The notes beneath the pieces are model-generated. The model worked only from the letters and a program-made list of their open reading frames with translations. It had not been told where the DNA came from and did not search any database. Position numbers and translations under genes: made by a program. DNA of 31,769 nucleotides from a virus (lineage: Duplodnaviria > Caudoviricetes), in the IMG/VR virus record IMGVR_UViG_3300046777_000900, positions 1 to 31,769 of that record; one strand, written 5' to 3'. Below are positions 17,801 to 26,700 of the stretch, in pieces; position 1 is the first letter of the stretch; each line of letters begins with the position of its first letter.

Positions 17801-20800
17801 GCTCATTCCCTTGCTTTCCTTGTTCCACTCGTTTACGTCCACCCCCTGTGCCTCCATCTCCTTCCTGTTTACGTTGAAGTACTTCTGCTGCGCTTTGCTT
17901 TTGTACGGCATCTTGTATATTTTTAATTGTTTTTGAATCAAAATTACTATCTACTATTTCAGACATTTGGGCTTCTGTTAATTCATCTGCCAATGGCTTA
18001 AATTCTTCAGGTAGATTGTTTCTTACAAAATCCTTTTTCTTTTTATTAGATTTTATTTTTTCGTATTCTGCCTGTCTTTCGCTTTTAGTAGGTTCAGACG
18101 GTTTAGCCTCTGAAGGAACTCCTTCTTTTGCTCCGGCTTCAGTTGGTTGAACCTTTCCTTCAGGTCCTGCTTCTGTTGTTTCGTATTCATAAAGTAAATT
18201 TTCTACGTTATCTAATAGGTCTTGTTCTTCTTCAGGAGTAAGTTTTGATTCTTCATCTAAGAATTTATTCAATGCAACCTCATCCATTGGCTCTCCAACA
18301 ACTTCTTTTTCAATACCCAATTCAGCTCTAATATCAGCCAATTTAGGAGCGAATCCACCTCTACCTTTATCATATAAAGGGAAAGCGTCCTCTGCAATAC
18401 CTTTTTCTAAGGCATCTAAATATTTATTAGCACGCTTGCTTGGTATACCTTCATTAATATCCTTAATAGCTGCTTCTACTTGAGTAGCACTCATTCTTTT
18501 TCCAGATTCAGATTCAACATCTAAAAATACTCCTGAATCAGTAAGTTCTTCATATACTTTTTGAGTATTTATATCTCTATCTCGTAAGGTTTTAGCATTT
18601 GGCTCAACAACAGCTTCACCATCGGCTTTGTTATTATATCTAACTTTTGTAGGTCTACCTGCTTTATTAGGCTTAGTTACAGCATCTCTTTCGGTATCTA
18701 TTGTTAAACCATTCTCTCTTGCCTTAATTCTTAAATTATTTAATTCAGCTCTACCTTCTGCACTATTCTTATAATTTCCACTTTTCTTAAAATAAGATTC
18801 AGCAGCTTGAACTATTTCATTATCAGATACCACTTTATCAGAAACCTTAGTGTCTTTTTGTCTTTGTCCAATAGACGCTAATCTTTCCGCTTCTGTTTTA
18901 CCGCTTAATGTAACTATAGTTTCCCCTTCTTTTTGAGGAGGCTCTTGAGATGACAATAGTTCTACAGTTATCTTTTGTTCTGACGGCTTCTCTAATAAAG
19001 GAGATATTAACTTATCGTATTTATTATAAACTTCATCAAAAGCTTTTATATCTTCTTCATTAGTTAGCTTGGCTCTATCTACCTTACCATCTACTCTATA
19101 TTGTTCTGCATTTGGTATTTTAGAATCAAGTTCAGCTTGTTCTTCTGCTCTTAGTTGTTCTACAGTCTTTGCTTCAGTTGGCTTTTGTTCTAATTCTAAA
19201 GGATTTTCTGAACTTTGTTTTAAATCTTTCAAAATTGGTTCTAGCTTTCTTTTAGCCATATCCATAGCATCTTGCTCACTATAGCCATCTCTAATAAACT
19301 CTTTTGATAATTCTTTAAAAACGTCTATGCCTCTGTTTTGAGCTTCTTTTACAGATTCCCTTAACTTCATACCATCAGAATAAGAAGAAGTTGGATTACC
19401 AAACATTGCATCCTTATAGTCTTTTATTATTTCTGAATCCGTTAAGTCTTTTACATTTTCTTTTGAATATTTATTAGTAATTGATTTTAATACCCTAGCA
19501 TCAGAACGCTCAATATAAGAACCAAACCCACTTGGCTGTTCTTTATCTTTTTTAATTAAATTATCAACAACTTCATTAACCCTATCTAATGGAGCATCAA
19601 AAACACTTCTCCATTCTCTTTTTTCAAGTTCTTTATCAATATCATTAAACTCTTTATTTTCCGGAGTTCCTGATTTTGAACCTTCAATTTCTAATTGTCT
19701 TTTTTCTAATTCTGATTCTGTAAATTTAGATAAATCTTTAACTTCTTCTGTTACTTTAACTTCAGTAGGAGCAACCTCTCCTTCCATTACAGGTTCTTTA
19801 CCTGCATTAGCATCTGGTCTATTTTGATTAAACTTAACTTCTGCTAATTCATTTCTAAACTTCTCTGCATTATCTTTTGCCTCTCTTGCTTGAGCCTCAA
19901 GTTGAGTTCTTTCATTTGGGTCTTGAGATTGTTCTGCTTGTTGAGATAACTGAGAAAATAAATCTTCAGATTCTTTTATTTTATTATCTAAATCTGTCTT
20001 TGCTTTTTCAAATGGATTTAAAAGTTTGTTTATTTCTTCTGCCTTTTGTAAAAACTCTTTTTTAGCACTATCAGGTAGGTCGCTTGCTTTAAATTCTGCA
20101 AATCCATCATTATTATTAATAACCATGTCAGCAACCTGCTTAACACCAGCAGCTCTACCAAGAACACCGGCCTCTGCCGTATATTGGGCTTTCTTTTGCA
20201 AATCGGTAGTTTGTCTTGCTTTTTTAGCGGCTTCAAGTGCTCTTAATTGAAGCTCATCAGCGCTACCCTTTGAATTATAAACTTCAACGATACTTTCAGG
20301 AGTAGCATCTACAAAGTTAGATATAGCAACACCCTGCTTAACAGCTAAAGTTTCTTTTATTGCCCTATTTAATTCTGCATTAGATTTAATATTTTCCGCT
20401 GCGCCTTTTAATCTAAACAATGCCGCAACACCTGTTCCATTCGCTATTTCCTCACCCGTTGCCGCCCTTCCTTCTAATGCTGCATTAGCAAACGGACTTA
20501 TTATACCATAAGCAAGAACATCTGTACCTAAATTAACTAGCTCTTTAGCGGCCATTCCTTTTACTCCGGTCAATCCTATTTTTTCAGCCTGAGTCATTAT
20601 TGATTTTGTAGCCAAATTACTACCAGCTCCAAGGATTGCCATTTCCATACCCGTTGCCATACCACGACCAGTTCCTTTAACACCTTCTAACGCAGCTTCA
20701 CCAATATCTTTTCCTTCTTTTCTAGCTTCACCATATCCAGCTAAACCTTCTTTAGCCATCATGTATTTGGTAAAATTATTAAATAACAAGTTACCAGTTT

Positions 20801-21464
20801 TAGCTAAAAAACTTGCACCTTGAGCTAACTTAGCTTCTGGTAACAATGCGGTAGCTGCAATATCTGGAGCAAAACTAGCAACAGATGATACTGCCTTACC
20901 CCAAAATGTATTTGGTAACGGATTATTGGCAATAACTTGCTGCATCCTTTCTTGATTACCATGCAACCCTCTGATTACATTACCAAATGGGTCTAGTTCC
21001 CAAGGAGTAGGAGCAGCTTTTTCTGTTTCTGTTCTTGTAGATGGCACATTAGGAGCATACGGATTTGCGGCTTGATAAAAATCTTTAGCCAATGTAGTAG
21101 CATTTGCTGCTAAATCAGTACCAGCTTTCTCAAAATTAGCAAAAACATTCTGAACAATATTTGACCATTTACCTTCAGGAGCAGCAGGCTTTGCAGGTCC
21201 TTTAGGTATAGATTTACTAATCTCCTTTAAAAAACTATTATCAGCTAATGAAGCTCCTTGCTTTAAAAAATCAGGCTGACTTGGTAATGGTGATGGTGTA
21301 ACCGAAGATACTACAGGAGTAGATTTTTTTTTTAAACTACCTCCAAATTCAGAAAATGGATTATCTTCTTTTTGTTTTATATTACCACCAAATTCAAGAA
21401 AAGGATTTTCTTGCTTTTGACCTACATTACCATCAGATTCAGAAAAAAAACTATTATCTTCCAT
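14865..21464 (-). CDS. Giant (2199 aa) probable internal virion/ejection protein
   Basis: Last of three genes of increasing size after the tail genes. It has N-terminal NPFxEFGG repeats, an A/G-rich amphipathic region, long coiled coils and a C-terminal helical domain with a hydrophobic stretch (YVTTTAGIMLAASAAG). Confidence 0.7.
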   Translation of the reverse strand: MEDNSFFSESDGNVGQKQENPFLEFGGNIKQKEDNPFSEFGGSLKKKSTPVVSSVTPSPLPSQPDFLKQGASLADNSFLKEISKSIPKGPAKPAAPEGKWSNIVQNVFANFEKAGTDLAANATTLAKDFYQAANPYAPNVPSTRTETEKAAPTPWELDPFGNVIRGLHGNQERMQQVIANNPLPNTFWGKAVSSVASFAPDIAATALLPEAKLAQGASFLAKTGNLLFNNFTKYMMAKEGLAGYGEARKEGKDIGEAALEGVKGTGRGMATGMEMAILGAGSNLATKSIMTQAEKIGLTGVKGMAAKELVNLGTDVLAYGIISPFANAALEGRAATGEEIANGTGVAALFRLKGAAENIKSNAELNRAIKETLAVKQGVAISNFVDATPESIVEVYNSKGSADELQLRALEAAKKARQTTDLQKKAQYTAEAGVLGRAAGVKQVADMVINNNDGFAEFKASDLPDSAKKEFLQKAEEINKLLNPFEKAKTDLDNKIKESEDLFSQLSQQAEQSQDPNERTQLEAQAREAKDNAEKFRNELAEVKFNQNRPDANAGKEPVMEGEVAPTEVKVTEEVKDLSKFTESELEKRQLEIEGSKSGTPENKEFNDIDKELEKREWRSVFDAPLDRVNEVVDNLIKKDKEQPSGFGSYIERSDARVLKSITNKYSKENVKDLTDSEIIKDYKDAMFGNPTSSYSDGMKLRESVKEAQNRGIDVFKELSKEFIRDGYSEQDAMDMAKRKLEPILKDLKQSSENPLELEQKPTEAKTVEQLRAEEQAELDSKIPNAEQYRVDGKVDRAKLTNEEDIKAFDEVYNKYDKLISPLLEKPSEQKITVELLSSQEPPQKEGETIVTLSGKTEAERLASIGQRQKDTKVSDKVVSDNEIVQAAESYFKKSGNYKNSAEGRAELNNLRIKARENGLTIDTERDAVTKPNKAGRPTKVRYNNKADGEAVVEPNAKTLRDRDINTQKVYEELTDSGVFLDVESESGKRMSATQVEAAIKDINEGIPSKRANKYLDALEKGIAEDAFPLYDKGRGGFAPKLADIRAELGIEKEVVGEPMDEVALNKFLDEESKLTPEEEQDLLDNVENLLYEYETTEAGPEGKVQPTEAGAKEGVPSEAKPSEPTKSERQAEYEKIKSNKKKKDFVRNNLPEEFKPLADELTEAQMSEIVDSNFDSKTIKNIQDAVQKQSAAEVLQRKQEGDGGTGGGRKRVEQGKQGNEPTGEGKAKTTKEAQPKGTEEGEVIGITHEQLNEVARELGFPEYEVSPETVEQWDAEAKERLAKDPDAAKKLINKYEKNDIPTPVEQRMMLNIIASAKAKINANPTPENLAEFKRIMELSNNVGGRLVGQSLVARKGVKQVEDTLPDFLLMRENDRGYPFTESEIKDQARIFEELQKEKNALKEALQKSEEANAKLIAEMGVNKARAAAKKAAKKTREEYVIERKQSLADAREALRKLRTGEEGVTAVAVPYLRELKAVSPHVKKYIKSLVEEGANKLDDIVNDTYAEFKDIVDGITKKDILDIFNGEYDESKPRTRNEKTEELRLLQKEAALLKELENVRKGIEKEKNPAQKIKKNDRILELEDKIKEVKRLNKERDRVPQEFTESEFASKSEDEALASKRRMLTKRIEKLQDDIKNKRYLEEKQAPPKLELDRKTQLLKDRVIKMERQIEAERQKDAYKKMSKTEKALDHINQITGIRRVMQTAFDLSVSLRQGVLIAFNPRKWDVFSKAFGNQMKSAFSDKKYNSLMYDIHNSSEYNKMLEDGIKFNELDALKNEERNEDFQKSFLYGIKIPVVRQLITEPLLASQRAADGFLNTARYELYLKYEKQLLKQGITRQSDPEAYKKMADLVMNMTGRGKLVSFLESGKANKVVSNTFYGARLMAANINSLNPVKYYKLPPGVRKEVMKDMLSYVTTTAGIMLAASAAGAKVEMDPDEPDFLQIRFGDKVYDITGGKAAYLRTFFRMTSALYSRFTDNKYNQQKKIERAGSSLFNFFRNKLAPNTGYAVNMALGKNTLNQDFDPYEVLEAYPMYADDFAEALKDEGITSLATVLAPNILGIGYGSYANQANKESLESSLERMLNSDEMNPELIKNHKDGGRLINEKEFDELAKLRDANIEKEIRRLYDGKSKFNLTLDKGNVVTKKVEDMTEEEVKKAKKSIASEATRLSKEQLFGKEKKTREEKMEDKRLSRARKRFD
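17732..17911 (-). CDS. Nested small basic protein (MPYKSKAQ..., 59 aa) in the +1 frame of the giant gene
   Basis: ATG at 17911 with an A-rich leader and an exact TAATTTTG box at 17939-17946. The sequence resembles, from memory, stand-alone phage MP(F/Y)KSxAQ proteins. Confidence 0.65.
   Translation of the reverse strand: MPYKSKAQQKYFNVNRKEMEAQGVDVNEWNKESKGMSLPEKAKPKQQKKHNPRVLRKAK
17939..17949 (-). promoter_or_regulatory. Intragenic -7 promoter box TAG-TAATTTTG
   Basis: Exact TAnnTTTG match with the same TAG prefix as the intergenic boxes at 23722-23732, 30498-30508 and 31612-31622; 27 nt before ATG 17911. Confidence 0.55.
18053..18190 (-). CDS. Possible second nested small basic protein (45 aa), same +1 frame
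   Basis: Hand translation gives MNTKQQKQDLKERFNQLKPEQKKEFLQRLNRLNLLKAKDRQNTKK*, with an amphipathic helical pattern and an AT-rich leader. Confidence 0.4.
   Translation of the reverse strand: MNTKQQKQDLKERFNQLKPEQKKEFLQRLNRLNLLKAKDRQNTKK
21339..21410 (-). repeat. Tandem peptide repeat ENPFLEFGG / DNPFSEFGG at the N-terminus of the giant protein
   Basis: Residues 19-27 and 34-42, with a degenerate third copy (DNSFFSESDG) at residues 3-12. Confidence 0.7.
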
Positions 21465-21466
21465 TT

Positions 21467-22975
21467 TTACTGTCTTTTTGCGTTTGGATATTTTTTCTTA
21501 AATGCTTCCCAATTTTTTTCAGGAATCTCTCCAATTTTACCATTTAAAATAACTGAAATAGTATTATCTTTTTTAGGAGCAGGTTTAGGAGTTTCGCCAA
21601 CTAAACCTTTTTCTGCTTTAGATGAAGGACCTGTAACATCTTGATATAAGCCTACAAGTTGCGCTCTTAAATTTGAAGCGTCTGATTTTATAACCCTTTT
21701 AACAGGTTCATCATATTCGTCTTTCAAAATAAATTCTACACCACCTATTGAACCATCTGCTTTTTTTAAAGGAACAGCAGATTCATAAATAAACTTACCT
21801 CCTCTAAGTCCTGCTAAAATATCAGTAAGGGATGACAATGATTGAGCGTCATTATTTTTTATTGAACTTTCTATCTTTTTTATATAATCATAATCAACGG
21901 TTTTAGATGGAGTTCCAGAACCACCCACATTAACCTTTGTTACATTAGGAGTTTGAAAACCTTCTAAATTAAATCCAGTTTGGTCTACCTTTGTAATTAT
22001 ATCATATAATGTGCTTTTTTGTGCATTAGCCTTATCTTCATCAGATAATGTATTATATGCCGGCAATGTAGTTCCATTAAATCTTTTCTTGGTTGCGCTA
22101 ATTATTTCAGCCTGATTAGAAGGTGATTTAGCAAACACCATAAATACATCATCAGGAACAGCAGATACTGGAGCACTTACACCTGAAATAGCTCTTTTCT
22201 CTGATTTAGGAGCTACGGCAGGAACGGTTCCCGGAGGTAAAAGTCCCTTACTTATATCAACATTTGGCTGTTCCCAAAATCCTATATTAGCTCCATATTT
22301 TTTAACATCTTGGTCATTTTTACCAACAAATGCATATTTTCTTTCACCTTCTTTTTTAGATTTTAATACATCTACAATACTAGAAATATCATTAGTGTAA
22401 TCAGCTAAATATTCTGGGTTAGCTAAATTTTCTAAAATTTTAGATTGCTCAGGAGCTTTATTGAATCCAGTTCCTTTTACATATCTATTTATTAAATCAC
22501 CTTTAAAATTCTGTCTTAATAAATCTGTATTAACACTTTTAAATTGATTTTTTACAGCAGGAAGCATTTGCTCAAAAGCCTTTGCCTCATTCTTCATTGC
22601 GGTTGTTGCACTAACTAAATCACCAACTTCACCTCTTAATGCATCAGCAAGAGTTACAGGGTCTAATTTAAGAGTTCTATATTTATTGTAAATATTATTC
22701 AAACTATCTTTAGTAAGAGCATCAGCCGCATCTATACCTGTTTGATATTTAGATGGGTCTGTATATTCTTGCAAATACTGCATCTTACGAAACGCTTCCG
22801 CCTCATCCTTCTCCTGTTGCCTTAAATCATATTGTCTTTTTCTTTCAGCAGCTTCTGCTTCATTAGCTAATTGTCTTTCTCTTTGAGCAATAGCTGATTG
22901 CAAAACTTGACCCGGAGCCGGGAAGTAGTTTGGCAAAGTAAATGCGTAATCTGCGCTGTTATTTCCGTCTGCCAT
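21467..22975 (-). CDS. Probable internal virion/ejection protein (502 aa)
   Basis: N-terminal coiled coil; lies between the pilot-like gene and the giant gene. Confidence 0.55.
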   Translation of the reverse strand: MADGNNSADYAFTLPNYFPAPGQVLQSAIAQRERQLANEAEAAERKRQYDLRQQEKDEAEAFRKMQYLQEYTDPSKYQTGIDAADALTKDSLNNIYNKYRTLKLDPVTLADALRGEVGDLVSATTAMKNEAKAFEQMLPAVKNQFKSVNTDLLRQNFKGDLINRYVKGTGFNKAPEQSKILENLANPEYLADYTNDISSIVDVLKSKKEGERKYAFVGKNDQDVKKYGANIGFWEQPNVDISKGLLPPGTVPAVAPKSEKRAISGVSAPVSAVPDDVFMVFAKSPSNQAEIISATKKRFNGTTLPAYNTLSDEDKANAQKSTLYDIITKVDQTGFNLEGFQTPNVTKVNVGGSGTPSKTVDYDYIKKIESSIKNNDAQSLSSLTDILAGLRGGKFIYESAVPLKKADGSIGGVEFILKDEYDEPVKRVIKSDASNLRAQLVGLYQDVTGPSSKAEKGLVGETPKPAPKKDNTISVILNGKIGEIPEKNWEAFKKKYPNAKRQ

Positions 22976-22981
22976 GATTTA

Positions 22982-23701
22982 TTATGGGTATTTAAATGAT
23001 TGAGCTGATTGAGGCACTTGATATGGTGACATTTTTAATCCACCCATTCTGTTTCCAGTTCCAAATAAAATATTTTGAGTCAAAGCTGGATTACTATTAA
23101 CTAATGGATAACCTTGCGTTGACTGAGTTCCCATTCCTGTTCCACTACCCATTCCTTTAAACATACCATATTGCATAAGGCCGGCTCCAATATCACCAAT
23201 TCCACCAAATATATTTTGCTGTCCAGCATTTCTCAATGCAGCTTTATCTTGCCTATCTATTTGATATTTCTGAAGCATACTTTCATAAGCCTTATCTCCT
23301 TCTGAAATTGCACCTCTATATGCTTGACCTAAGCTGGTAAGTAGTCCGGCTTTGCCCTCAGCTTCTTGAGCAGCTAATTTAGAAAATGCTTCGTTTGTTC
23401 CACCCTGCAAGCCGGCTCCAACAGCTAATAATTGAGAAGCATCAGTTGCTCCTCTTTGTGCGCTAGCTAATTGATTTGATTGAGCCTGCATTACATTCGA
23501 TTGAGCTTTTAAAGATGCCGGGTCGGCTCCATAAAACATATTTTTATTTACAGCCAAATTTTCTTGCGCTAATGGGTTTTGTTGATATTGCTGGAATACA
23601 GGATTTATTTTATTAGCAAGCCTATTCTGCTTTGCTCCTGCAAATACTTTTCCTAACGCTCCAACGCCGCTTACTAGAGCTCCTATTGTAAATGGGTCCA
23701 T
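22982..23701 (-). CDS. Probable pilot/ejection protein (P22 gp7 / T7 gp14-like role)
   Basis: G/A-rich hydrophobic N-terminal helix (MDPFTIGALVSGVGALGKVFAG), Q/A-rich body and a G-rich segment near the C-terminus; directly after the tail stabilisation gene. Confidence 0.6.
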   Translation of the reverse strand: MDPFTIGALVSGVGALGKVFAGAKQNRLANKINPVFQQYQQNPLAQENLAVNKNMFYGADPASLKAQSNVMQAQSNQLASAQRGATDASQLLAVGAGLQGGTNEAFSKLAAQEAEGKAGLLTSLGQAYRGAISEGDKAYESMLQKYQIDRQDKAALRNAGQQNIFGGIGDIGAGLMQYGMFKGMGSGTGMGTQSTQGYPLVNSNPALTQNILFGTGNRMGGLKMSPYQVPQSAQSFKYP

Positions 23702-23721
23702 GTATTTCTAATTTAGATGTT

Positions 23722-23732
23722 TAAAATTACTA
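23722..23732 (-). promoter_or_regulatory. -7-like promoter box TAG-TAATTTTA upstream of the ejection genes
   Basis: Intergenic 11-mer identical to 30498-30508; 20 nt before ATG 23701. Confidence 0.55.
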
Positions 23733-23750
23733 TTTATTTTTCAAATTTAA

Positions 23751-26700
23751 CTATTCAGCCAAAATAAAATTTTGACCTCTTGATAAGTTAAACCCTACGT
23801 CTACAAAATTAATATAAATTATTGATGAATACTGCTGAAATTCAGCCATTATTTGAGGTATTTGTGAAATAACTATATCCCCGTTTAATAGCTTTTGGTC
23901 AACCGAACCTGATGCGTTTGGAGATAATCTATCTCTAAACAATCTAGCATACAAAATGCCCTCTTGGTTGATATAATCAGTATTTATCAAGTCTGTGATT
24001 TGGGTGTTAGGCAATGTGGTATAAACTACCGTAAAATCAGGAGCTACACTACTTTCCATAACTATCTCAGACATATCTTTTAATCCGCTTAATGGCTTAT
24101 TTACCACCCAACAAACCCTAACTGGATATTGAACACCAAACCAAGTGTTCCACGTGGAAGTATTTGTGTTAAACTCATAAGGAGCACCATTTTTGAAACC
24201 AAAGAACCTGTTGTCAAAATAATCATATTGCTCACCCATAAACTGATAATCACTTACCCACTTATTCTCAGATAAGTTAAAAACTACTGTTTTAGCCAAA
24301 TTATCCGATATATCAAATCTATTGATAATAGAACTTGCATAAGAGGGGACTGTAGCGTAGCTAGGCAATGTGGATGCATAGTTTTCGTAAGTCAACCCTA
24401 CTAATGATATACCAAATTCCTTATGGAATGGGTCAATAAATGTAGGTAAATGGTGAAATCCATTTATATTATCTAGGTTGTTATTATTAGCTGCTAAATA
24501 TCCTTTTGCGTAATTCTTAAATAAACGCTCCATTTTAAAGCTACTAATAGGGAATAGGCCATTTGAGCTGTATTGAACTACTTGACCATTATTCAAATCA
24601 TACCAAAAAACATTACCTAAATATTCAACAACAGTTTCTGGTGATGTAGTTCCAAACATACCTTTTAGTACGTTTATAGTACCAATTACAGAAGGGTCTT
24701 GAGCTAAAAAAGCATTTTGAGATGAGCCAACTAATTGAACCTCACCTAGATAGCATGATGCTGTTTGGAAAGCGCATACAGCCAACATAATAACGCCTTG
24801 CTCTGCCGTTTTTGAAGCAAGTTGTAATTTCTGTATAGAACCGGTTCCTAATGGAACATTTTTGAAGTTTAATGCCTCAAAGGTACTTAATCCATTATTT
24901 GCAGTTCCAGCAGTATATACATTTGAATATCTTATTTCGTGCTCATTTCTAGTCTGCCCCAAAGTTGTAATAAAATTAGGCCATCCCGTGTTTGTATTCC
25001 AATATTGCCACATACTATCATTAGGTGACATATTTTGAGTATAATATAAAGTAGAAGAAGTATCTGTTCTTTCTAAAGTGTAAACATCTCCACTTAATTG
25101 ACCAGTAAGTGTACCATATTCCCTTAATGCGGTTCCCGGATTATTTATAGCATAAGAATCTGAAACCTCAAAGAAAGGTTCATTTACAAATGTCTTTTTA
25201 GGGGTATATATCTCAATAAAAAAGTTTGATGTTGTTGCGTTCAGTGCCCCAAAATCATATCCGTCAACTAATATATAATTACCATCCTGTCCTATTATTC
25301 TTAAATTAATAGTTGGAGTTGATGATATATAAACCTTTACCATATCACCCTCTTGATAGTTATAACCAATACCAATTGAGTTTAATGGAGATATATTTAA
25401 ACCAACAGCATATATACCACTAGAGTAAGAATTTCCGTAGGTTAAGTCTGTAGTACTTGTTGAACGAGTTGCATATTGAGCTCCTGCTGTTTTTACCTGC
25501 AAGAATGATGTACTATTAAGATTCTTTGTACTTAATATTTGGTAATAGTGAGCCCAATCAGGTATTTCTTCAAGAGCGTTAGTGTTACTTACGGCCCAAT
25601 TCAAATAACTAACAAATGATGATTGCCCATAAACGTATTCGGGTATATTATAATTTACATACTTACTTACAACACCACATTTTCTTCTAAATCTATCATA
25701 AAATGCTATAGATATATTATAAGAGGCTCCTGTTTTATATAAATTTTGAGAAATAAAAGTTCCTGTATTATTATTTATAGTAACAAAATAACCTCTAGGC
25801 AAAGTGTAAGCTGCGGATAAATTAGCATAGTCCCAATCATACCCCGTTGTATTAGGGGTATATGTAGATGTAAAATTGTTCAAGAAAAAAGTTAAATTAT
25901 AATCTTCAATAGTCACATCTGCCAAATTCAATGTACTTGGTATAATAGCCGGAGGGGTATTTCTGTATGTGTTATAATAAAGAACCTTATTGAAGTAAGA
26001 TGAAGTATACATAAAGTTAACTTCTTCTACTGTTGTGTCAAATGGAAATGTTGTCCTTTTGATAGGTATATAATAACTCGTAACCTCTGATGTAAACGTA
26101 TTACTTGCAGGTGATGTATTAGTAGCTGATGGTATAGACAAGCTAGTTTTTTTAGGAGTGTCGTAACCTGAAAGGTTATTACCCATAAACAATCTACTTG
26201 TAGCCGACTCTAATGTTTTTGTCAAAACTGGTACTGAATCAAAAGGTATACTAGATTGGCTTGAATCTAAATTTGAACCTGCTATATTATTATAAAAATC
26301 AACTCCTAACTGAGCAGTTCCTGCATTGTGAGCATTAATAGCCGCTAAATCATCGGCGTTTGCTTTGTCAAAAGTTTTTACTATAAATACTACATTATTT
26401 AAAACATCTTTAGCGCATATATTGATTCTTTGTATTTCATCTTCAATATATTCAGTGTAAGGCAAATCTGCGTTAATATAATTTGTAGTTTCATTAGGAG
26501 AGTTAAAATTCAATAAGTCGCTAAAAGCAGAAAGTCTTGATTTTTCATTATCGACAAACTCATAATAGTAACACATTTGAAAAGCCGACCTTTCTATAAA
26601 ATTATTTTTATAGTTAGAGTCTGTAGCCTTAGAAACTTGTAGTGAATAAAATGGAGGCCTACGAATAACCGTTAGTGTTGTATATGGAATACCATTTGGG

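Noticed and set aside
20030-20236. 68-aa alternate-frame minus ORF inside the giant gene
   Set aside because: Non-ATG start, no leader or promoter box, typical L/K-rich +1 shadow composition, and the host frame looks ordinary there.
21324-21333. A10 homopolymer in the giant gene as a programmed frameshift or phase-variation site
   Set aside because: It is in frame (LKKK) in an AT-rich genome, with no evident stimulatory structure or useful alternative ORF.
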